A DNA stretch of 32,000 bases from Chlamydiota bacterium (GCA_016196885.1 JACPWU010000028.1:1-32000); one strand, 5' to 3'; numbered from the stretch's first letter, positions 24,291 to 32,000 are shown. Translations and numbers: made by a program. Notes: generated from the letters alone by a model not told the origin.

Positions 24291-25217
24291 ATGGAAAAAT
24301 TATCTTCTATCGAAAAAGAATGGAAAGCCGTCAGAACACAAGTGGGTTTTTTAGACTTATCTCATCAAGGGAAAATTCTTGTTGAAGGAAAAGATCGTGC
24401 GAGTTTTCTTCATAACATGTTTTCAAATGATATCAAATCTCTCACTCCTGGCATCCATCGCTACACCACGCTCCTGACACCCAAAGGAAAAATCATTTCG
24501 GACATTGACGTCTATGCTTTTGAAAATTATTTTATACTGGAACTTTATCCAGAAAACGTGAAAAAGGTTGTTGATCGGCTCAACTCTTTTATCATCACAG
24601 AGGATGTAATGCTTAAAGACGTCAGCCCTCTTTTCGGCCACCTCTCTTTTCAGGGACCTCTTTCAAATGAGAAAATTCTTTCTGGAAACTTTCAAGCCTT
24701 TGATCACGAACGCTGTGGAGAGAAGGGTTATGACTTTATCATTCCCATGAAAAATTTAGAGACACAAAAGATCCAGTCCATTGGTCTCACAACCTACAAT
24801 ATCTTGCGGATCGAGGCTGGTATTCCCTGGTACGGATCTGAATTAGATGAAACCATTATTCCCAACGAGGCCAATCTGGAAAATGCCATCAGTTGGACAA
24901 AAGGCTGCTACCCCGGCCAAGAAATTGTCGCCCGCGTTAAATATTTAGGTGGGGTTCAGAAAAAACTCACAGGAATTGTGATGGAAGGAAATGTAATTCC
25001 TCAAAAAGGTGACAGAATTTTAAAAGACGAAAAAGAAATAGGAATCATCACCAGTGCTGTCTATTCCTTTCAACTTTCTTGCCCCATCGCCCTGGCCTAT
25101 TTAAAAACAGCATCAGCAACTCCTGATGAAAAAATTCAAATTCATCACGAAGATAAAATTTTAAACGGTAAAGTACAGTCCCTCCCTTTTTATAAAAGAC
25201 AGGAGACCTCTTCATGA
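24291..25217 (+). CDS. ygfZ: YgfZ/GcvT-like folate-binding protein
   Basis: Aminomethyltransferase-like N-terminus (VGFLDLSHQGKILVEGKDRASFLHNMFSND) and the YgfZ signature WTKGCYPGQEIVARVKYLG. Confidence 0.85.
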   Translation: MEKLSSIEKEWKAVRTQVGFLDLSHQGKILVEGKDRASFLHNMFSNDIKSLTPGIHRYTTLLTPKGKIISDIDVYAFENYFILELYPENVKKVVDRLNSFIITEDVMLKDVSPLFGHLSFQGPLSNEKILSGNFQAFDHERCGEKGYDFIIPMKNLETQKIQSIGLTTYNILRIEAGIPWYGSELDETIIPNEANLENAISWTKGCYPGQEIVARVKYLGGVQKKLTGIVMEGNVIPQKGDRILKDEKEIGIITSAVYSFQLSCPIALAYLKTASATPDEKIQIHHEDKILNGKVQSLPFYKRQETSS

Positions 25218-25822
25218 GCTACCCCATCCTCAAAAACAGAATGGATTTAATAGGTCCTCTGGTCAAAGACAAAACAATTTTAGATTTGGGCTGCGTAGAT
25301 CACTATGTAAAGCAACTTCAAGGATCTTGGATGCATCGGGAACTTAAAAAACGAGCCAAAGAAGTGACGGGTGTAGACCATCTCCCCGAGGCCATCGAAC
25401 AACTTCAAAAAATGGGTTATCACGTCGTCTGCCAGGATGTGGAAAAACTAAACTTGCATCAAAAATTTGACATCGTGGTTGCAGGAGAAATCATCGAACA
25501 CCTTAAGAATCCCGGTCTATTTCTGGAAGGAGTGCAAAACCATTTAAAAGAAGACGGGCTTTTAATTCTGACTACGCCCAACCCTTTTTCCATTGCCCAA
25601 TTTTTTAAAATCCTAAAACGCAACCAAATCAAAGTAAATGTTGACCACACCACCTGGTTCGATCCCCAAACCCTTCAAGTCCTGCTCACCAAAAATCACT
25701 TTCAGGTAAAAGAAATTTACTGGCTCAATGATTTTAAAAGATTCTGGATCCGATCCCTCTGGGCCAAGTTCAGACCCTATTTCCACGATGGATTTTTGGT
25801 AGTTTGCGAAAAGAGAAAATAA
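25214..25822 (+). CDS. Class I SAM-dependent methyltransferase
   Basis: Motif I ILDLGCVDH, motif II-like FDIVVAGEIIEHL, and post-motif LKEDGLLILTTPN. There is an ATGA overlap with the ygfZ-like gene. Confidence 0.8.
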   Translation: MSYPILKNRMDLIGPLVKDKTILDLGCVDHYVKQLQGSWMHRELKKRAKEVTGVDHLPEAIEQLQKMGYHVVCQDVEKLNLHQKFDIVVAGEIIEHLKNPGLFLEGVQNHLKEDGLLILTTPNPFSIAQFFKILKRNQIKVNVDHTTWFDPQTLQVLLTKNHFQVKEIYWLNDFKRFWIRSLWAKFRPYFHDGFLVVCEKRK

Positions 25823-25837
25823 CCTGGGTTTAACATC

Positions 25838-27478
25838 TCAAATCTTCTTAAACATCCTCTTCCCGATTCTAGCCAATGCCGGAGAATGGTCTTTTCGACC
25901 AATTTGAATATTGAGGAGAAAAAAGTTTTTTTCGTCTGCAAGGGCATTTTCTAAGGCCCTCAGCAGTTCGCCCTCTGTTTGAACAAAAAAACCACGGCCA
26001 CCGCCTAAGATATTTGGAATTTGATGATATTTCCAATTCACAATGTCATTGTAAGAATGCTCTGCCTGTTCAATAATGCGCTCGGCGCCATAGCCTTGAT
26101 TGTTGAGAAGTAAAACAATCGGATTCAACTTCCACCGGAGCATGGTTGAAAGTTCCAAGCCCGTCATTTGGAATGCGCCGTCCCCCACAATGACAATCGG
26201 CCTCAAATGAGGCCTCGCCAATTGAGCCCCCAAAGCCGCAGGAACAGAAAACCCCATCGAGGTATAATAAGCAGGACTGAAAAATTCTGTGCGCTTACGA
26301 ATGGTTAAATCCAAAGCACCAAAGAGAGAATCTCCGATGTCCGCAATCACCACCATTTTTTCATCCAGAAGCGTATCCAAATATTGAAAAAACCTTTTCA
26401 GACAAACGGGGGCTTTGCTTTGAGTTTTGAAAAGTTCCTCTTTGCGAGATCCGCTTTTTTTGGGAGCCTTTCTTTTTCGAATGGGAGCATGCACCAAACC
26501 TCTCACAAAATCCTCGAAAACAATTTCTTCAAATCGATGATACCGAATCAGAATTTTTTCGGAGGTGGCATAAATTGAACGCGCCTGATCCAGTCGAGCC
26601 GTAAAAATTCCTAAATTAATGTCCGTCATAAAAGCACCCAACATGATCAGACAATCGGAATTTTCCACCCCTTGACGGACTTTTTCATCCCCCACCGCTC
26701 CTTCATATACGCCGCGATACAAGGGATGCACTTCACTGATCACCGATTTCCCCAGGGCTGTCGAAACCACAGGAATTTGAGTTTTCTCAACTAGTTTGAT
26801 TAAAGCATCCTGAAGGCCAAAACGATGAATTTCAACATCGGCTAAAATGACAGGACGCCGACTTCTGTTAATCATTTGAACCGCTTCATCTAAGGCTTCC
26901 CTTAAAGCCTTAGAATTGCTGATGATTTGTGTGGGCCGTAACTGATGGGGATAAGGGCTTTCAACATCTGTCATGTCCCTGGGAAGCTCAATATAGACGG
27001 GTCGTTTGTAGCGTAAAGCCATGTCCAGAACACGGTCAATTTCTTGAAACGCCGTCAGAGGATCATTTAAAACCGTGCTCGCCACCGTTAATTGATCAAA
27101 AATTTCTTTTTGAGTCGTGAATTCTCGCACACGGTGATGAAGCAGTGCATTTTTCTCCCGCTCCTTCATGCCCGGCGCCCCACTGATCAAAACCACAGGA
27201 GATTTTTCAGCATAAGCACCCGCGATGGGATTGGCCACATTGAGCCCACCCACGCAATAAGTGACGCAAACAGCCCCCAACCCTTTCATTCGCGCATAGG
27301 CATCTGCAGCAAAACCCGCAGAATCTTCCCGCGTGGTGACAATGGGTATCATTTCACTTGCTTCAATGAGGGAATAGAAGCGAAGGACATAATCGCCTGG
27401 AATACCAAAAATATGATCCACGCCTAAACTTTTAAGGCGTTTCAAAAGATATCGTCCGATGGAGATACGCTTTTGCAT
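25838..27478 (-). CDS. Thiamine-pyrophosphate-dependent 2-keto-acid decarboxylase (indolepyruvate/pyruvate decarboxylase family)
   Basis: The N-terminus IGRYLLKRLKSLGVDHIFGIPGDYVLRFY...TTREDSAGFAADAYAR and the C-terminal TPP motif IVIVGDGAFQMTGLELSTMLRW...LLLNNQGY, at 546 aa, fit the IPDC/PDC family. Confidence 0.88.
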   Translation of the reverse strand: MQKRISIGRYLLKRLKSLGVDHIFGIPGDYVLRFYSLIEASEMIPIVTTREDSAGFAADAYARMKGLGAVCVTYCVGGLNVANPIAGAYAEKSPVVLISGAPGMKEREKNALLHHRVREFTTQKEIFDQLTVASTVLNDPLTAFQEIDRVLDMALRYKRPVYIELPRDMTDVESPYPHQLRPTQIISNSKALREALDEAVQMINRSRRPVILADVEIHRFGLQDALIKLVEKTQIPVVSTALGKSVISEVHPLYRGVYEGAVGDEKVRQGVENSDCLIMLGAFMTDINLGIFTARLDQARSIYATSEKILIRYHRFEEIVFEDFVRGLVHAPIRKRKAPKKSGSRKEELFKTQSKAPVCLKRFFQYLDTLLDEKMVVIADIGDSLFGALDLTIRKRTEFFSPAYYTSMGFSVPAALGAQLARPHLRPIVIVGDGAFQMTGLELSTMLRWKLNPIVLLLNNQGYGAERIIEQAEHSYNDIVNWKYHQIPNILGGGRGFFVQTEGELLRALENALADEKNFFLLNIQIGRKDHSPALARIGKRMFKKI

Positions 27479-27490
27479 ATTTTTCGAGGA

Positions 27491-27907
27491 CTATTCTAGT
27501 AACTTTTCACGACGAGCTGCAAGACCTAAACGCTCATCCGAAGTTAAAAAACGTATATTTTTCTCTTTTGTCCTTAGTAAAAGCGCCGAAGCCAGATGAA
27601 TCGAGTCTAATGCTTTTAATGCATGTTTCTCCAAAAGGAAACCCGCTTGATCAATCAATTCCTCATCCACCTCGACCCGCACAAAATGCTGCCAATCCTT
27701 TACAAAGGTCTGCAGTAAAATCTGCCATTCTTTCTTTGTGAATGTTCCTTCACGATGTCTACGAGCCAAAGCGGACTTCATTTCGATAAAAGCAATAATA
27801 GAAGTTGCAACAGCTGAGGCCTCACGCACATTCTCAGCAATTTTTTTAGAATCTGATTCTGCAATGTAAAGCTTGGCCAAAGAGCTGGTATCCAGATAAA
27901 GAATCAT
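27491..27907 (-). CDS. vapC: PIN-domain toxin VapC
   Basis: MILYLDTSSL (Asp), AFIEMKS (Glu), ALDSIHLA (Asp), TSDERL (Asp). There is an ATGA overlap with the upstream antitoxin. Confidence 0.82.
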   Translation of the reverse strand: MILYLDTSSLAKLYIAESDSKKIAENVREASAVATSIIAFIEMKSALARRHREGTFTKKEWQILLQTFVKDWQHFVRVEVDEELIDQAGFLLEKHALKALDSIHLASALLLRTKEKNIRFLTSDERLGLAARREKLLE

Positions 27908-28173
27908 TCTCGTTCTTCCAAAATGGTTTGAGAAAGGGGCTTGCCTTTAAGCATAATACGTTTTTTTAAACCCTGAGGTAAACCCCCTTCCCAAGAAACC
28001 CGGCCTTCTTGAAGCAATTGCAAAACGAAGGGATTTTCTTCCTCTGATCGAATGGGCATTAAAATCGCGATCTTTTTACCGCGCTCTGTAATGGCGACCA
28101 TTTCACCTTTTTTAACATACCTCAAGTACTGGCTTAAATGCGCCTTTACAGCTCTCACACCTACAGCAGTCAT
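27904..28173 (-). CDS. Phd/YefM-family antitoxin
   Basis: VGVRAVKAHLSQYLRYVKKGEMVAITERGKKIAILMP fits the Phd/YefM N-terminal pattern. RBS AAGGAGGG is upstream. Confidence 0.7.
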   Translation of the reverse strand: MTAVGVRAVKAHLSQYLRYVKKGEMVAITERGKKIAILMPIRSEEENPFVLQLLQEGRVSWEGGLPQGLKKRIMLKGKPLSQTILEERE

Positions 28174-28184
28174 ACCACCCTCCT

Positions 28185-28222
28185 TGTAACTACAATATAC
28201 AAAAATGTGACTACATTTTCAA
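28185..28222 (-). promoter_or_regulatory. Sigma70-type promoter with two 10-bp direct repeats (candidate operator) for the third Phd-VapC operon
   Basis: In minus sense: -35 TTGAAA (28222-28217), 17-nt spacer, -10 TATATT (28199-28194). Plus-strand repeats TGTAACTACA (28185-28194) and TGTGACTACA (28206-28215) lie 21 bp apart. One sits in the spacer and the other abuts the -10 on its downstream side, sharing one base with it. Confidence 0.6.
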
Positions 28223-28254
28223 GAAAAACTTTAATCACACCCCTATCCGATCCA

Positions 28255-28458
28255 GTATTTAAAAGTATGTCCTTTATTCATGCGGGTGACGCCCAACGGG
28301 GTTCCCATCAAGCGCCGGAAGAAAGAGTCACTCGCATCGGCTATACATCTGGCACCCTTATCGAGACCGACCCCACAGGGGCTATAACCTCTGTGCCGTT
28401 GATGGGGTTGTTGGGCGACAGGACCCGCCACCTTTCCAAAGGACACACTTTTAAATAC
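28255..28458. other. 204-bp GC-rich nested-helix element closed by a 21-bp inverted repeat. Candidate structured ncRNA, or alternatively a MITE-like element.
   Basis: P1: 28255-28275 pairs with 28438-28458 (20 of 21). P2: GCGGGT 28282-28287 with ACCCGC 28423-28428. P3: CGCCCAAC 28290-28297 with GTTGGGCG 28410-28417. P4: CCCATCAA 28304-28311 with TTGATGGG 28399-28406. Inner hairpins: GCCG/CGGC (28314-28341), GGCAC/GTGCC (28351-28397), CCCCacaGGGG (28371-28381). I found no RNase P, tmRNA or SRP core motifs. Confidence 0.5.
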
Positions 28459-28484
28459 ATCATCTTCCCATACAAAACCCCCGC

Positions 28485-28513
28485 TAGACAAAGTCACTCC
28501 CCTAAGGTAAAAT
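28485..28513 (+). promoter_or_regulatory. Putative sigma70-type promoter for nuoJKLM
   Basis: -35 TAGACA (28485-28490), 17-nt spacer, -10 TAAAAT (28508-28513). This lies 28 nt upstream of the nuoJ ATG and downstream of the structured element. Confidence 0.5.
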
Positions 28514-28540
28514 ACGCCAAAAATTTGGGAAGGCAATGAG

Positions 28541-29035
28541 ATGGAATCTGTTTTGTTTTACACCTTTGCAACCTTGGTTGTAACAACAGCCCTTTTGGTG
28601 ATTTTTTCAAATCATCCGGCTTACAGCGTTCTCTATTTGGTCCTGACTATGTTTGGTCTAGCATCTCTTTACGTCATGCTTCACGCCTATTTCGTCGCAG
28701 CCATTCAATTGATGGTCTATGCAGGCGCCATTTTGGTTCTTTTCCTTTTTGTGATCATGCTTCTGAATTTGGAAAGAGAAGGTGAAGAATCTTTCCGATC
28801 AGGCCCCTCCCGATGGCTCGCACTTCCTCTGACCTTGGTTTTTCTGGTTGAACTTTATACAGTTGTCATGCAAATTCACATCAAAGGCTCTAAAGGCCTT
28901 TCGGTAGAAGGCAACACAGAATCTCTAGGACATCTGCTTTTCACCCAACATCTTTTACCGTTTGAAATCATTTCATTTGTTTTGTTGGCCGCTATTTTAG
29001 GAACCACGATTCTTTCCAAGAGGAATTGGAAATGA
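28541..29035 (+). CDS. nuoJ: NADH-quinone oxidoreductase subunit J
   Basis: 164 aa, 5 TM segments. The pattern ...AIQLMVYAGAILVLFLFVIMLLN... is typical of NuoJ/ND6. Confidence 0.9.
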   Translation: MESVLFYTFATLVVTTALLVIFSNHPAYSVLYLVLTMFGLASLYVMLHAYFVAAIQLMVYAGAILVLFLFVIMLLNLEREGEESFRSGPSRWLALPLTLVFLVELYTVVMQIHIKGSKGLSVEGNTESLGHLLFTQHLLPFEIISFVLLAAILGTTILSKRNWK

Positions 29036-29334
29036 TCCCTCTTTCCTATTATCTCATTTTGAGCGGCATTCTTTTTTCCATCGGCGTCCTGGGCATCTTA
29101 ATCCGTCGTAATGCCATCATGATCCTTCTGTCTCTTGAAATTATGCTCAATGCCGTCAATTTATCCTTTGTTTCTTTCTCCCGATTTTCTGGCAATTTAG
29201 AGGGACAAATCTTTGTTTTCTTTATTATGACCATTGCAGCGGCTGAAGTCGCCGTGGGATTGGCCATTTTAATCTCTATTTTTAGAAACAAAAAATCGGT
29301 AGACACCGATTACATGAAATCATTGAGATGGTAG
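29032..29334 (+). CDS. nuoK: NADH-quinone oxidoreductase subunit K
   Basis: MIPLSYYLILSGILFSIGVLGILIRRNAIMILLSLEIMLNAVNL...TIAAAEVAVGLAIL is the classic NuoK/ND4L sequence. ATG 29032 overlaps the nuoJ stop as ATGA; the track start at 29026 is a TTG. Confidence 0.93.
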   Translation: MIPLSYYLILSGILFSIGVLGILIRRNAIMILLSLEIMLNAVNLSFVSFSRFSGNLEGQIFVFFIMTIAAAEVAVGLAILISIFRNKKSVDTDYMKSLRW

Positions 29335-29353
29335 GAAGGCAGAAGTCAAAAAA

Positions 29354-29431
29354 CAGAATTCAGGAGTCAGAATCCAAAATTCAGAATAAATAATGAACCT
29401 TATTATTCTGAATTCTGGATTCTGAATTCTG
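29354..29431. repeat. Heptad-word hairpin (CAGAATT words) in the nuoK|nuoL junction
   Basis: Left arm: cagaatt caggagt cagaatc caaaatt cagaata. Right arm: tattctg aattctg gattctg aattctg. The right arm is the complement of four of the five left heptads. Pairing continues through AATAA...TTATT to a 6-nt loop. Confidence 0.85.
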
Positions 29432-29454
29432 TTTTCAAGGAGCGTAGCGACGTT

Positions 29455-31308
29455 ATGGCTTGGCTTATTTTATTTTCACCTTTAATCGCATGTTTGCTAA
29501 TCACCTTGATCACGTTGCGCAATTCTAAATTAAGCTCCTGGATCGCTGTCACAGCCCTCTTAATTTCTTTGGGGATTTCTTCCTCATTTTTCCTAAAGGC
29601 ACTTCTCACGCCCCATTGGAAGCCCATGGAACTTTCAATCCATTGGATTACCCTCTGGTCTCTCAAAATTGAGTTTGGACTGATTTTGGACCGGCTCTCT
29701 CTCCTCATGCTCATGGTCGTGACGGGAATCGGCAGCGCCATTTTCATTTATTCTCTGGGATATATGAAAGAAGATCCTGGCAAATCCCGCTATTTTGCAT
29801 GTTTGAGCCTCTTTGCCTTTTCAATGCTGGGGATTATCCTTTCCAACAATTTCATTCAAATGTTTATTTTCTGGGAATTGGTGGGGGCCAGCTCCTATCT
29901 CCTCATTGGCTTCTGGTACGAGAAAGATTCTGCAGCTGATGCAGGGAACAAGGCCTTTTTAGTCAATCGCGTGGGAGATTTTGGATTTATGATGGGGATT
30001 CTTCTGTGCTGGTCCTTTTGCGGATCCGGGCTTCCAGAGAGAACTTTCAATTTTAACCAAATCCAACACATTTTCTCTGAAATGGTCGGAGCTGGTCTTT
30101 TGAGCCCAAAGCTTCTGGTCGTCGCAGGTCTGCTCATTTTTTGCGGCGTTCTCGGTAAATCAGCCCAATTTCCTCTGCATGTCTGGCTCCCTGATGCCAT
30201 GGAAGGTCCCACGCCCGTCAGTGCACTCATCCACGCAGCGACCATGGTAGCAGCAGGAATTTATCTACTAGCCCGACTCTTTTTTCTTTTTGATGCCTCA
30301 CCCACCGCTATGACCGTAATCGCCTATGTGGGAGCTTTCACCAGCGTTTTTGCGGCCAGCATTGCGTTCGTGCAAAATGACATTAAGCGCATCTTGGCCT
30401 ATTCCACGCTCAGCCAATTGGGCCTGATGGTCTTGGCCATGGGACTGGGAGGACGACTCGAAGCCATGTATCATTTAACCACGCATGCCTTTTTTAAAGC
30501 CCTTCTTTTCTTAGGGGCTGGAAGTGTGATCCATGCCCTTCACACTCAAGACATTTGGGACATGGGAAAACTTTTCAAGAAAATGCCTATCACCTCAATC
30601 ACTTTTTTAATTGGAACCCTGGCCCTCTGCGGTCTTTTTCCCTTGAGCGGTTTCTGGAGCAAAGATGAAATTCTTCTTTTAGCATTTGAAAAAAATATTT
30701 TTCTCTACCGTCTGGCAAGTGTGGCCACATGGATGACTTCTTTCTACATGGCCCGCGCTTTTTTTGTCGCTTTTTTGGCCCCAGAGAAGAAGATTCACCA
30801 CCCTGTTCATGAATCCTCATGGACCCTCACAGGACCCATGATTTTTTTAGCAATCGGAGCTTGTATCGCCGGCTTCATCCACATTCCTGAATTTATTTTA
30901 GGCCATGATGTTTTGGAATCTCATATCAACCTCCCCATTGCATTCACCTCTCAAGCGATGAGTCTTTCTGGAATCGTGATCGCCTTTTTTCTCTATGCTT
31001 ATCGCGATGCCTGGGGAGCTAAAAAATTAAAAGAAATTTTTAAAATTTTTCATATCATCTTGAGCCGAAAATATTTTATGGACGATTTATACAACGGAAT
31101 CGTGAAATACATTCAGCAAAATATTGCCGTTTTGTGTCACTTAACAGACCGAAATTTGATTGTTCGATTTGGAGTGAACGGCGTTGCAAAAATCACAAAA
31201 ACATCCGGAGAATTTTTAAGATTTTGTCAGACCGGAAGAATTCAAACGTATGCCCTTTTCTTCTTTGCAGGCATTACGGTGATTGTGTTTGTTTTTATTT
31301 TAAAATAG
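29455..31308 (+). CDS. nuoL: NADH-quinone oxidoreductase subunit L
   Basis: 617 aa antiporter-like subunit. Motifs FWELVGASSYLLIGFWY, GKSAQFPLHVWLPDAMEGPTPVSALIHAATMV, and a C-terminal extension consistent with the NuoL lateral helix. Confidence 0.95.
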   Translation: MAWLILFSPLIACLLITLITLRNSKLSSWIAVTALLISLGISSSFFLKALLTPHWKPMELSIHWITLWSLKIEFGLILDRLSLLMLMVVTGIGSAIFIYSLGYMKEDPGKSRYFACLSLFAFSMLGIILSNNFIQMFIFWELVGASSYLLIGFWYEKDSAADAGNKAFLVNRVGDFGFMMGILLCWSFCGSGLPERTFNFNQIQHIFSEMVGAGLLSPKLLVVAGLLIFCGVLGKSAQFPLHVWLPDAMEGPTPVSALIHAATMVAAGIYLLARLFFLFDASPTAMTVIAYVGAFTSVFAASIAFVQNDIKRILAYSTLSQLGLMVLAMGLGGRLEAMYHLTTHAFFKALLFLGAGSVIHALHTQDIWDMGKLFKKMPITSITFLIGTLALCGLFPLSGFWSKDEILLLAFEKNIFLYRLASVATWMTSFYMARAFFVAFLAPEKKIHHPVHESSWTLTGPMIFLAIGACIAGFIHIPEFILGHDVLESHINLPIAFTSQAMSLSGIVIAFFLYAYRDAWGAKKLKEIFKIFHIILSRKYFMDDLYNGIVKYIQQNIAVLCHLTDRNLIVRFGVNGVAKITKTSGEFLRFCQTGRIQTYALFFFAGITVIVFVFILK

Positions 31309-31334
31309 GGACTTAATCAATTTTTCAAGGAATT

Positions 31335-32000
31335 ATGGGCATTCTCACTTACATTTTATTACTGCCTCTTTTAGGGGCTCTTGTGATTCTCTTTCTTCCC
31401 AAAGAGAAGGAAACGTGGATTCGTAGAACCGCAGTTGCGGCTACGTTTATTCCACTGGTTCTGGCTCTTCTCGTCTGGGCAAAATATGACCGGACCCTCG
31501 GGGGTTATCAATTTATATGCCGGATTCCCTGGGTTCCCTCTCTGGGCATCACTTATCAAGTGGGAGTGGATGGCATTGGCGTTGTGATGCTTCTCTTGCA
31601 GGGATTTTGTTCCTTTGCAGCCACCTTAATTTCTTATTTCATCAAGACACGCATCAAGGAATATTTTGTCTTTCTTCTTTTCCTCATCACCAGCGTTTAT
31701 GGCGTCTTTATCTCCCTGGATCTTTTTTTCTTTTATCTCTTTTACGAAATGGCAGTTCTTCCCATGTATCCCCTGATTGGGATTTGGGGCTCTACCAACA
31801 AAGAATATGCAACGATGAAACTCACACTTTACATCACCACGGGCGCTGTACTGGCCTTTGTGGGACTCCTGGTTCTTTATTTTGCAAGTGGTATTCATTC
31901 CTTTGATTTAATCGCTCTTGAAGAACATTGCGCAGCTCATCCTCTCAGCCCAGAATTGCAAAAATTTCTTTTTGCACTGATTGTGGTAGGCTTTGGTGTC
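31335..32000 (+). CDS. nuoM: NADH-quinone oxidoreductase subunit M, 3' end beyond the window
   Basis: Not in the ORF track because it has no in-window stop. Hand translation from ATG 31335 gives MGILTYILLLPLLGALVILFLPKEKETWIRR...GVDGIGVVMLLL...FFFYLFYEMAVLPMYPLIGIWGS..., open to position 32000. The FY.F.E....PMY.LIG.WG motif is NuoM/ND4-like. Confidence 0.88.
   Translation, partial: MGILTYILLLPLLGALVILFLPKEKETWIRRTAVAATFIPLVLALLVWAKYDRTLGGYQFICRIPWVPSLGITYQVGVDGIGVVMLLLQGFCSFAATLISYFIKTRIKEYFVFLLFLITSVYGVFISLDLFFFYLFYEMAVLPMYPLIGIWGSTNKEYATMKLTLYITTGAVLAFVGLLVLYFASGIHSFDLIALEEHCAAHPLSPELQKFLFALIVVGFGV

Noticed and set aside
28255-28458. Identification of the structured element as RNase P RNA, tmRNA or SRP RNA
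   Set aside because: I could not find the conserved cores on either strand: GAGGAAAGUCC plus the ACAGAA..CCGGCUUA-type P4 strands for RNase P, the 5' GGGG..UGA acceptor plus 3' T-arm GGUUCGA..CCA for tmRNA, or the GGAA-tetraloop helix-8 motif with AGCA for SRP.
28138-28539. 133-aa plus-strand and 97-aa minus-strand ORFs spanning the vapB-nuoJ intergenic region
   Set aside because: Both read through the nested inverted repeats. The shared KGHTFKY peptide is a direct by-product of the 21-bp inverted repeat. Neither has a hydrophobic core or an RBS, and the plus ORF starts antisense within the vapB coding region.
31517-31906. 129-aa plus-strand and 90-aa minus-strand ORFs near the right edge
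   Set aside because: Both lie off-frame or antisense within the open nuoM frame that starts at 31335.

Overview
AT-leaning, densely coded bacterial chromosomal window. I saw no rRNA, tRNA, CRISPR array, transposase or integrase.

Gene content, left to right:
- An edge-truncated minus-strand ORF of about 929 codons (1..2789), absent from the supplied ORF track. It encodes a secreted protein.
- An RHH-PIN toxin-antitoxin (TA) pair.
- An ABC-2 exporter pair (ATPase plus permease).
- A degraded nucleotidyltransferase remnant and small ORFs.
- A 1859-aa tandem-fused double UvrA, translationally coupled to a small secreted coiled-coil protein.
- A membrane-anchored alpha/beta hydrolase.
- A Phd-VapC TA pair.
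- A long minus-strand phosphate block: membrane protein, Zn-ribbon protein, phoB, phoR, then pstS-pstC-pstA-pstB(degenerate)-pstB(canonical)-phoU-PD-(D/E)XK nuclease. A CYTH-domain gene lies divergent from pstS.
- A ygfZ-like gene plus a methyltransferase, a TPP-dependent 2-keto-acid decarboxylase, and a third Phd-VapC pair.
- nuoJ-K-L-M, with nuoM running off the right edge (also absent from the track).

Most unusual signals:
1. Short 7-nt-periodic word repeats are pervasive. They usually form imperfect hairpins and sit in the intercistronic junctions of otherwise tight operons. In three places they are translated in frame, including the linker that fuses the two UvrA halves.
2. Two copies of a three-hairpin G-run/C-run palindromic element are inserted in frame in the large secreted-protein ORF.
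3. The tandem pstB pair has all of its motif deviations mapping to one composite ATP site.
4. A 204-bp GC-rich nested-helix element sits between two outward-facing promoters.

All functional calls rest on motif recognition by eye. No database search was possible.
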